From contig OZ241827.1 in NCBI GenBank assembly GCA_965202585.1, forward strand, positions 13,330,001-13,394,000: a DNA stretch of 64,000 nt. The letters are read 5' to 3'. The notes beneath the pieces were generated by a model, which worked only from the letters and a program-made list of their open reading frames with translations, ran no database searches and had not been told where the DNA came from. Source of the DNA: Thalia democratica. Lineage: Eukaryota. Position 1 is the stretch's first letter, and the number at the start of each line of letters is the position of its first letter. Position numbers and translations under genes: made by a program. This document shows, piece by piece, positions 26,786 to 38,200 of the stretch.

Positions 26786-26874
26786 CAATGAGCGCAATGT
26801 GTTCTCGTCTTCTTACTTATCAGGCAATTCTCCTTCGCGCTACACCTGTACTTGGCTTTCTTCTGTACACTTCT
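26745..26874 (-). CDS. NR coding exon 3: second zinc finger (130 nt); not in the supplied ORF track
   Basis: TTACAG acceptor. Translation [43 protein letters not shown]+G with four zinc-ligand cysteines. GTTTGT donor at 26744 (phase 1). Confidence 0.95.
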
Positions 26875-29800
26875 CTGTAATAAATAATTTATATTATGTA
26901 TTTACAAAAACTTTAATTAATTTTTTTGTATACTTCTCTTAAGTATAAACTTAATCTAATTTAAATACTGTATTATTAAAATTTTGCTCTGCTTTTTATG
27001 CTTTCTGTAATAAAACAAAAAACTTTAATGCTATAACTTAAGAAACTTTTAGCTTGTCTTCTAAACTCTTTTATTTAGCACAATAAAAATAGTAATAATT
27101 AATTTATATGTTTTATTTATAAAACTTGTACTAGTCTTCTTTTGCATACTCAACTCCAATGAGATAAAAATACATAAAAAAGAAATATACTTTATTTTAG
27201 TTGTTCTAATATACATTATTGATATCAAAATTATTTGCCTAACACTGTTGTCCTGTGTTAATGAAATAGTTATTTTTCTGCATGCTTCTCTGCAATTACA
27301 AATATGACGTCATATAAAACATTCATCACTAGTTTGTAATTCTTTATTTAGACATGCGCGCTGTTAAATTGATGTTAAACGACTTCTTTGTTTAGACTTG
27401 ATACAGATTTAAAAGCTTTATTCTTTTAGTGACTTATCTTACATTCTTAGAAAATGTATTTTTAAATCTTTTCAAATTTTAATAAACTTCAGGTAAACTT
27501 TATTTAACTTTTATAAAATAAGGAATATTTTTTTCCTATCACTTTCCTTGTTCATTATAAAGCTTAGAACTTTATTATAAAACAACTAAATATTAATATA
27601 ATATACGGCTTAAAACAGTACATTATTAATGAAAATAATTTTTTTTCAAAGAAATTAAGCTAATAAGTTTTAAAATTGTAAAGTATAACTAAATAAAAAA
27701 AAAAGTAAAATCAATATTTCATACGACTCAGTTAAAACATATATTTTGAAAATAAATTATAAACAAAAAAAGAGCAGTTTGGAAACGTGACAAGAATGTA
27801 TCAATAACAAATTAAAATCAGAACAGTTCAAACACAATTACTGATATGGTAACGATGATTGGGAAATAAGTGTGAAATGTAAATTAAACTGCTTTTTGAT
27901 GTACTGATAATTTTCTGACAAAAATGTTTTGAGTAAAAAAAAATTAAACTTTGATATTACTTCAAAGTTTTATCATGTGAAGCCTTATGTTAGATGTATT
28001 TTATGAATATGTGAAAAAGCATAAACAACTAAATTGTATTAGATTTTCGTAAAAACATTGTAAATATAAACAAAATGTTTATTTTTATTTTAAACAACAT
28101 GTGCTTGTTTATCGTAATCGTCAAACATACAAAACAAATGATGAACAGCTTTATTTCAATAGTAAGTTTTCACAGATTTTATTGCATTTTTTTAAACAAA
28201 TTTTAAATTGGTTGTTTATATTTTATTAATATTATTTTGACATAAAACAACTGTTTATAAGTAAAAAAATGTCTGAAGATTAAATAAATAAAGATGTTTT
28301 ATTAAATCAGTCATATGCGTCATAAATATAAAACTATTCTAACGTGGGAAAAAAAAAACTTATCTTGATTGATAAATCCTTTAATTTTTATTTAAAAAGT
28401 TTTTATTCTTTTTATTTTTACAAATTATGATTACTTATTAAATTGATTTAAAAGTTTATACTGTTTGATTTAAATACTAACTGTTATTAAATCGTTAGAA
28501 ATTTTCTAGGCTTAGTTTCTGGGAAGTATATTATTTATTTAATATTTAAATAATATTAATTTCTATAAAACTTTATCTCATTCAGCAGTTTTTATAACTT
28601 TACTTTTGACAAAAAAGTTTATATTAGTCATTAAGTAAATTTTAAATTAAATTAAAATTAAAACATATAATCTTGTTTAGTCGATATGTATTTTTGAGCT
28701 ACAAAAGTAAAAAAATCTGTTAATGCATAAAGATTGATTGTATATATGTTTTGTAGTTTTATGCTTCGAAAATATTCTATTTGTAGCTTTTTTATATTGG
28801 TTTGATGACATTTTTTAAACAAGCGATGATTCATGAAATTTTTTAAATTTGTTTAAAATAGAATTTCTTAGAAATACTAATTTACCTTTATTAAATTCAT
28901 GTAATGAGTAATATACGACAACATTTAGATTAATTTTGAGCCAAAAAAATTGTGTACACTACTTTGTGTAAAGAAAATAAAATTTTAAGCCACATCATTT
29001 TGTTAAAATGTTTTAAATTTAAACGGTACAAAATTTTTATATTCAATACTTTTATTCAATATTTCAAATACTTTTGGAAAAAAATTAAAATCTAATTTTT
29101 TACTTTGATAAAAGCTTTAAAACTCAATAACAAAAAGTGTTACAAAAGTTTAATACTATAAATAAATTTATAGATATAGGTTAACTTATAAAAGTCATGA
29201 AATGCATTTAGCGTTTAATAGAGACTATTTATAGTTAAGTTTATAACAATAAACAGTATTATGGCTGACATAAATATTTTTTTTTTAAATTTTGGCTGTA
29301 AAAAGCATTACTTAAAACTTTATACCAGAACTCAAACGTTAGAGTGTAAATTAAATTAATATACTAGTTTATAGTAACAATTCGTTTGTAGAAAAACGAA
29401 TTAAATTTTAGTTGGTGGCTATGTTCAGAACATGAAGGTACAGCATAATCAAAAATATTATCTGTTTTGTTTCTGAGAAAATAGTTGTATTTAAATTAGT
29501 TTATGTAAACACTGGTTTAACTGACTAAATAAAAGTTCGTCTACGTTGAGAAACCCATTGTACTTACGAAAACATAGATACTTTATTAATAATTAAAAGA
29601 TATTTTTGGCTACATAAGATGTATATTATTTAGAATATTTGAGCCATTTAAAACATAATAGTTTTAAAAGGTAAATTCCCTTACCTTTAAAAACCCTTAA
29701 CATCTCTCGCACGCAATTCAAAAATGGTTACACAGCATTAACTTATAATATACAACATTGAACACTTATCTAAAAACTTTTAAAATATATATTTAAAAAA

Positions 29801-32800
29801 TTTTAAACAAAACTGTTAACTAACTTTGTTAATTTAAACAAAAATAATTTCCCTTTCCGAAAAAGGAACAAAATTTATTTCAAAACTAACATTTTTTTTA
29901 CAAAATAAAATCCCATACTTTGAAAAACCCCTTGAAATATTCAAACAGAAAACTCAAGAATTACAAAAAAAAAATAGAAGACTAAAATTAATACCAAATA
30001 ATTAGTTTTTAATAAATAAACTAAAGTAAATATGTAAACTTTTTAAATAAAACAAATAAATCCCCTACCTTGAAAAATCCTTTGCATCCCTCGCACGCCA
30101 GCACGCCGTAATGCTGCCACCTGGCGGAATCTCCGCAAACGGTGCACACCGTCGCCCCGAAACCCCCGTAACCACCCAGATACGAGGTGGTGGTTGTGAA
30201 GGAGGGGTGCACGTCGTTAAGGTGGCAGGTGAACGTGGGGTGCTTGTTGCCATGGGTGATTATGTGGGGGTAGGGTTGCGAGGGGGTTATCTTAGGTGTT
30301 TCCCCTCCGCTGGGGTTTGCAACCTGAAAAGGGGTAACAATTAAAGTTTATTAAAATAATTTATTTACCTTTTTATTAAAATTATGACTTACAAAAGTTC
30401 TGTCACATTTTTTTGTTTTTGTTTTTTTTTTTCATTATATAAAAAATGTGCTTCTTTAGAAGCGTATCTAAGAAGATGTTCATTGCAAACACAAATAGTT
30501 TAATTAAAAATTCGATACAAAAAAAAGCTTAAATTAACTTTAGCTTAGAAAATTGTACTATTTTTGCACCTTTTGGCAAAATTCTTTTAAATTCTATGTT
30601 GCAATGTTAAAATACTATTTTGATACTTTTAGACTATCTCTTAAAACTTATGCTTATAAAACTAGAGCCTGTAATAAAGAAACAAAATGATTTACAAGCG
30701 AAAAGAAAAGTTTTACTATTATCAAATACTCATTTTACTTTGCATAATTACTGTAATATCTTATTTTTTACTTACATTATACGTTTTATTTCAGATTTAA
30801 GGTCTTCTTTATTAAAAAAACGATTTTTATTTTTTGAAACAAAAAAAAAATACATGAGTAACAAAAGAAGTTAGAATTGTATTTGAACCCTGCAAAAGTA
30901 CTTATTGAAAAGCAGTAATGACAATTATATGAGTTCGGCATTGTATTTATTAAAACATAATAACATGACAACATTGTAACTTGCTTTTAATTGAGTACAA
31001 AGTTCAAAAAGTAATTTGCTTTCTTTTTAGATTTTAAATATATATTATAACCTTGATTTTCAAAGGAAACTTTTTTGAGTATACTTTTTAAATAAAAAGC
31101 TGAGTTTATAAAATTATTGTCAAAAGTATCAGATATTTATTTTATTTTCTATAAAGATTTTGCTGCTACTTTCTATATTTAACGAATCAAATGTTTTTTT
31201 CTAAAACATTCAGCTTTAGCTTATATAATGTTTTAAATCTAAAACAGTATATGTTTAAAATTTAACAAATAAGAAACCCTATTTATTTGCAAATACAGAT
31301 ATAATTTATTGATTAAAAATCAACAGGTTTTGTTCACAGATAATAATAAATGAGGAAAGAACAAGATTTAAATAATTCTACAATTACATAAAAGCTGTAC
31401 TTGATTTATTGGAAGTATTTATTAAAAACTTTAAAACAAGTTTGTTTTAAACATTCTTAATTAAGTTAATTATTTTATCAACTATTAAACTATGTGTAAA
31501 CATTTTTCTCCAAGTTACTTGTAAATATATTTTTTTACTTGAACATATGAAAACTCATTTTCAAGCAAAAGCTCTCAATTTTGTTTTACAAAATAAAAGA
31601 TCAACAACCAAAACAAATAAATTATAAAATAGTAAAACACACCTTTCTTATGTTATTATATAGATAGTTTTATATATTTAATAAGTAGCACCAGCTTAAT
31701 TAAAACTTTTTTCAAACAAAAAAAATTAAATAAGTTCCTTAAACCATTCTCTTACTATTTTATTACGTTTTAACCATCTAATTAGTTTAATGTGTATATT
31801 TATGAATCAGTCAATACGCAAAAAGACATAACTTTCTAGTTTTTACAAAAAAAAAAAAAACAATCAACCTAAACAAAACTACTAAAAAACAACATCAACA
31901 ACTCACCCTTCTAGTGAAAATAGTAGAAATAATGTTTAGCATTAACTTAAAAGTTTTATAAATAAAGTTATAAAGCAACAAAACTCACACTCCTGATAAA
32001 GTTGCTGATCTTCTCTTCGAACTGGTCCGAAGGCTTGAAGCTTTTCAGGCTCGGCTCGCAAACGTATCGTTGGGAGAAACCCCCTCCTGAAACTTTCCGC
32101 TTCGCTGGTTTCACCGCCTTGAACGCCGTTGCCTGGTAACCTGAATTCTCAGGCTCGCTCCTGAACGACGAGATCGAGTTCACAGGGATCAGCTCGTTGC
32201 TATGGATATGTTCGTTGCTATAGTGATTATTGGATTCTGGGGGTGGTGGGGGTGTCGTCAGGGGTCGGCTGATCTCAGGGATGAGCTCCCGGTGGGGAGA
32301 ATTGATGCCGGAGGAGAAGAAGACGTCGGAGCTCAATTGAGCCTGATGGTTGTAAATAGACCTCTGTGACGTCATAGACGATACTTCTTCGTCTTTTGAG
32401 GAGAAGAACGCTTCTCCCAGCTCGATCATCGGGACCTCAATGTCGTCAAACAAGGAGCTTTTAATTTTAGGGGCTTCCCGGATACTGGAAACCTGCGGCT
32501 CGTACATGCTCAGGTCGAGCGGGTTGTCACCCCTTAAGGTTTCGTTCGAGGGAATTTTCCCTTCTGGGGATGAGGAGCACATGCTGACGATGTCGTCGTA
32601 GCTGCAATCCGATTGGTTTCTATGGAAACAGGTCGAAAGGTTGACGTCCTGCGACCCATGCACCCTCCTAGTGGCGGACCCCGCGAAAGTTTTGGCGGGT
32701 AACTTGGGGTCGCGTCGCGTGGCAACGAAGATGTTGCTGCCAAGCGACGGGTCGAAGTCCTGGTCGAATATGTCGTCGAAGAGGAGACCCCTGGTGGTGG

Positions 32801-32858
32801 AAATTGTCGCCCCCTGGTGGTAGCACCTGTCGTCGTTTGTAAACTCGCTCTTCAGCAT
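26745..32858 (-). CDS. NR4A: Divergent NR4A-type nuclear receptor, spliced model join(32858-31989, 30323-30069, 26874-26745); 418 codons + 1 nt, 3' end unresolved
   Basis: Three GC-rich exons join in frame via GT-AG introns (phases 0, 0, then a phase-1 donor). DBD reads [26 protein letters not shown]|[43 protein letters not shown]. The QHYGV, CEGCKG P-box, VQKxAKYxC and GMVK motifs match the NR4A pattern ([27 protein letters not shown]...GMVKE). The introns after FFK and after GMVKx give the 43-codon+1 (130-nt) second-finger exon I recall from vertebrate NR4A genes. Symbol is family-level only. Confidence 0.85.
29674..30098 (-). repeat. Degenerate tandem copies of the exon 2 3' end (P-box region) and donor
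   Basis: 29674-29714 matches 30058-30098 at 34/41 ungapped. 29911-29936 matches 30061-30086 at 21/26. Confidence 0.88.
30069..30323 (-). CDS. NR coding exon 2: end of A/B domain and first zinc finger with P-box (85 codons)
   Basis: TTTTCAG acceptor (AG at 30325-30324). Open frame [11 protein letters not shown]...[33 protein letters not shown] donor at 30068. Confidence 0.95.
31989..32858 (-). CDS. NR coding exon 1: N-terminal A/B domain (290 aa)
   Basis: Long GC-rich ORF 32858-31968 in AT-rich flanks. ATG in an AAATAAAATG context. GTGAGT donor at 31988-31983 after ...NFIRS (phase 0), matching the phase of the next exon. Confidence 0.9.
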
Positions 32859-35269
32859 TTTATTTTATACAAACAAGTTTGTTAATTTTCGAAACTAATA
32901 TCTGTGTATGTTGTTTACAAATACTAATTTTGCTTTTTAAAATTTCAGACTATTTATTTGCTAACTGTTTAAATTTTTATTTTAGATAAACAACTTTTAG
33001 ATGCAAAGATCACAAGTATGCTATACTTTATGGAAAATACTTAAATTATCCTGGTAAGAATTTCACTTTAATCTTTTGCAGAATTTGAAATGGGTAAAAG
33101 ATGTAGAATTAATATATATTACACTTATTTATTGTGTATTAGTTCATATATGGTAGTAAAACTTATGAGAAATTATTATCAAAATACATCAAAGCTTTAA
33201 GTTTACAATAGCTATTGACTTATTAAAGTCACTGTTGTTTTTGAAATGTCGCATTTTATTTTACTGGGAAAGTAATATAAGTTTGAAATATCTTGTGTTT
33301 AAATAAAACGATTTTTAACTACAATTTTTATACAATGGTTGCACTTCTGCAAAACAAATAAGTTTATTTGATTATAACTTTAAACCCAACAACGTTGTTT
33401 TTTTTTAATTTTTAATGTTTTAAGGTACATTTTTTTTAATAATTGATTGAAGTTTATATCTTAAAACAAAATATTAAACACATGTATTGTTTATAGGATT
33501 TTACTTTTGATTATAATAACAACTTATCTAAACGCATTTTATAAATACCAAAAATTTGGTTTTAATTTGTAAAAATTTGATAATAAAGAAGATTAATGCC
33601 TTCTTAGTTTTTTTGTCAGTTATTTCCATAAGCCCACTTAAATTGCTTAAAAAAATATTATCACATTATAGTGTATGTTAACCATGAAATAAATACTTAG
33701 GTAAGTTTTTTATTAAAAATTGTGTTAGTTTTTTTTTAACTTTTTTTTATAGATGAAATATAAGTACATTACTATAACAGATAAATAACTTTAATGTACT
33801 AATCTAGAAGAATAATCAAAAAAAAGTCTGTACTTAATTTATAAAAACATTGACTAATGTGATAAAATACTAAATGATGTATACAAATTTTGAATCTAAA
33901 AAATTGCAAGCACAAGTATAAACAACGAAATTAGTATTTAGTTAAACTAGTCATTTTTTAAATCTTCACTACGTTTTTAGAGATAACATATATTAGATTT
34001 CGAAACGAATAATTAACTCTAAAGAACTAAACTAAAAAAATCGTTAAATAAAATGCATCTAACGTCAAAAAATTAAAATACTTGAAAAAATAAAATATGT
34101 AAACAAATTTTTGAAAATTAAAAAATGTATGCTCAAGTATAGCTAGTCAAATGAGATAGTAATATAAATTGTCGCTGAAAACATTGTTATTTCAAAATAT
34201 TTACTAATTTAGCCAAGGGCTAAACGCTACTTATTATTTTAACTGTACATTGTAGAAGCACACTGTTGGTAAAACAAATTGAACTTTAGCCTACTACCGA
34301 GAAGTTATGCTTTTGTTTTAATTAAACTTAACAAATTTTTTGTATGTCTTCACGTTATAAGTAAAATAGTTGAACAAAAAAGAAATAAAGATGTACTATA
34401 TAACAAAAACTAAAACAAGAAAAGGTTAAAAAAATTAATTACTAAAATTATCAAATTTTTTTGTTGTGTTTATTTTGATTAACTAACCATTTTTATCTCT
34501 TACTTTAGGTAGTTAAGTTAAGACTTAAAACTATAACGCATTCATAAATGCTATAGACAATTTTAAATTTGCCAAAAAAAATATTTAATCTCTTTTAATA
34601 GTTTTAAAGATTATAAAAAAAAATTAAGCTCCAATTTTTTTTTTAAAGAGTAAGGCACTCATTTTCATAGCTACTAAATTTGATTTTGTTAGACTAGTAT
34701 ACTTTAAATTCAAAAAAGAATACTTTAAAAGATTTATAACTTCACAATGCTGATTTTTTCTATCTTCACAAATTAAACAACAAATTTCATCAAAACAATT
34801 ATTAGACAACAAAAATTCAAAAAATTTAAGAACTTTTTCATAAGAATAAATTAATGTTATCTAAACTTGCTGAATTTTGAATTAAAAAATGCTTAATTGG
34901 TATTTTAAAGTCGCTGATAAACTCAATTTGACGCAGGACATTCTTTTTCTATAAACACTACTATATTAACCCATAAGTATAGTAAAAGTTATGAAATATT
35001 AACGAAAATATATGCTTTTGAACTTGTCTTTTTTTTCTACTTGTCTCACTAATCAGTCCCTTTTTTTAATTCTATAGTTGCAGCTTGAGAGAAATTTAGC
35101 GAAAATGCAATTTTATTTACATTTATTTAAAAACGAAGTTAAAAGTTTTGTTTACATTTAATGTTTAAAAGTAATTTATTTTTTATTTTTTCTCATGTAA
35201 ATCTAAAAAGAAACTTGCGAAAATCTTACAGTTTAACATCATACGTTAAATTACTTTTAACAATTTGTA

Positions 35270-38200
35270 GTTTTCAAATTACAGATGCAAATGATAGTTT
35301 TCATAATATTAAATGTTTCACCTTATAAAACTTAAAAAGAAAGTAAAAAATAGTATAAAAGTTATGGGCAAACTACACCCGCTAGAAATCGAAAAATTGA
35401 TCAAAATGTTTTAAAAGTGTATTTATAGACTTTTAAATATAGAAGGTTTGTGTGTTACTTTAAAAAATCTCTAAAATGTAACAATTAAAATTAAGGTTAT
35501 ATTTATTTTAATAATTTGTTAATTCAAAATTTTCGTAGAAATTAAAATATATGAAGAAAGAAGTTTCAGAATCTTAGTTTTTTTCTAAAAACTTTTTGCG
35601 GTTATGTTAAAATTTATTTAAAGTTCTATAATTACCATGGTGGTAAAATGATGTAACTTTTAAAGTATTTTAGTTGTGCTAAATTAAATATTTCTAATAA
35701 ACGTATACACAAAGTGTACTTTTGAGATATCATTTTAAGAGATGTAGTAAAATTAAACAAACAATCTTAATTTAGTTTATCATAGTTAAATAAAAAATCC
35801 AATGTAAATGTCTGACTTATGACTTAAAAAAGACAAATTAAATTTTTTCATGTTATTTTTATCCAATTATACGCTTTAAGTATTGATTAAATTTTGTTGT
35901 TTATATTAAATCTCGGTCTTACAATAAAGTTTTTGTCTTTAAAATCATAATCCAGTAAATTAACACAGTAGCTTATCAAATTAACAGATCGAAGTTTTTT
36001 TTTTTTAATTGACACTTTATCAAATTAGAATATAAATTAATAATTGTTTGGTTACTAAAAACTTATTATAGTTTTTTCACTAATTTGTTGTAATTTTTTT
36101 TAAGAACATCTGAAATTTGATAAAATAGATTGAAATGTAGAAGTCGACAGTAATACTTAGTTTTAATACACTTAGTTTAAGAAAATAAATTACGTTTTAT
36201 AAAGTAACCCTATTTTTATTAAATAAATACTAAAGTGCATTGCAAAATAAACTATTCAAAAAGAATTGGAAGCATAATAAACTTAAAACAGACTAAATTA
36301 AAATAACTATCTCGTTCAATGAAAAACATCTCATTAAAAAAAGTATTAAATGAAATATGTATTTTATAAAAGTTTGCGTTTTTAGACTAAAAAACTAAGC
36401 GTTAAGAGTGTTTTGAATTATTACTAACTTTAAATGTTACCGACTCAATGTCATTTTTTATTTTTAAAAACGAACAAGTAAGTTTCAACACAATCAATTA
36501 AAATATTGGTTTCTATTATCAGTTTGCAGTATTTAAAAACAATTGTTTTAAGTGCAAACAAACGCAATTTTCCTGCGTGACAGCGATTAATTTTAACACC
36601 ATTTCAAAACACCGCGTAATCAAAAAATAATATTAACAAAAGTAAAAAAAAACATTATTTTTGCTATGACTATAACCAAATAACTGCGAACTAAAATTTT
36701 ATGCACTATATAATTTTTTCTTCCCAAATGTAACTGCATAACTTTTTTAATTGCCGACTTTTAAGTAAACGAAGAAATTACTCATGAGTGGTCAGCCACA
36801 ATAGAAGTAATACGTGCTTCCAACGAGTTAATTATACTTAGAAAATTTTAAAAAACCATTGTTTCAACTGCAACCAACGCAACGCAATTTTCGATTGTCA
36901 ACCATTAATTTAAAACACCATTGACACAAAATGTTCTTGTAAGCGGTCAGCCACTTTAGAAGTTTAACGTGTTCCCAACTTAACCAAATTGCCAATCAAA
37001 CAAATACTTACATGAACGTAGGAAGCTACTCATCCGACCAGTATATCAAGAGTTTGTTTACATATATGCCCAATTGACACATCTCCACTTTACTGCTTGC
37101 TGTTGACAAAACTCGTGTAAGTGTCAGGATTGTGCCGGGGTACGAGCTTTATACGTGACACAATTTTGAAATTCTGTTTCACGTTTTTATCAAGTTTATT
37201 AACGTAAATTCCTCATAAGCTTTAGTTTTGTTTTGGTGTCAGTATGCACTCTAAAATTTCTTAAATACTTAATAAATTTTTTATGTTACAGCAATTTATT
37301 GTATTGCATTTTACGCAGTAACTATAATTAAAGAATTCTAATAGCTCTAAATTGAAATCTTAAATATTAAGAGCTTAAAAATAGAAGAAAATATGGTTAG
37401 TCTTTCTGAAAATAAACACAAGAAAACTAGGAGTATAAACATAATCAAACACGTTTTTGAAAATAACCTTAACCTGCTGTTTTAAAACTTTTGATGTTTC
37501 AACATAAAATAGCTTTTAACTTGTGTATTAAGTAATATAATAGCAATTAAGTACTATTACTTATAAATTCATTAATTATCATGTCATTATTCACAAGTCT
37601 CCTACTTATAAATTTTTCAGCCTTTTACTGTACTTAAACTGATTATTAAATAATATTAATTAAAAACTGGCTTTTTTAAGCTTATACTTAAAATTTGAAC
37701 TATTTACTTTGCTTGATATTGTAATATTCACATATGTAGTGCAGTTTATTAATGTTTTTTAAACTTATTTTAATTAAATATATGCGTTTTATACTCATAA
37801 CTTAAAACTTAAAAAATAACAAAATAAGCACTATCTCAATAACACTAAAATATCAAACAATTACCTATTTAACTAGAAGCTAATATTATGGTCTATTCTT
37901 AAGCAATTTTTTTTGCTAAACCATAATGTTTTCGCTAAATCACTTTGCTTGCAAAACAAAACAACCAAAATTGCAACGCCGTACAAGACCAATCCAACTT
38001 GTTGTATAAAGATAATAAATAAGTAACAACTTCCCAGTTTGGAAATTACTACCAGCAGAACTCGTTCCGGAGCTTTGTACTGCCTGTTTTTACAACATGA
38101 CAGATTATATAAACAAAATAAATGTAGTATGGCGCTTTTGTATGAGGGATTACTAAAATCTTTACTTAGCTTGTTTTTACACAACAATTGGTAACTGGTA

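Noticed and set aside
30065-30344. Alternative-frame (30065-30253, minus) and antisense (30111-30344, plus) ORFs over exon 2
   Set aside because: By-products of the GC-rich real exon; only the zinc-finger frame has protein signal and matching splice phases.
32534-32823. Overlapping ORFs 32534-32743 (minus) and 32641-32823 (plus)
   Set aside because: Shadow ORFs inside GC-rich coding exon 1.
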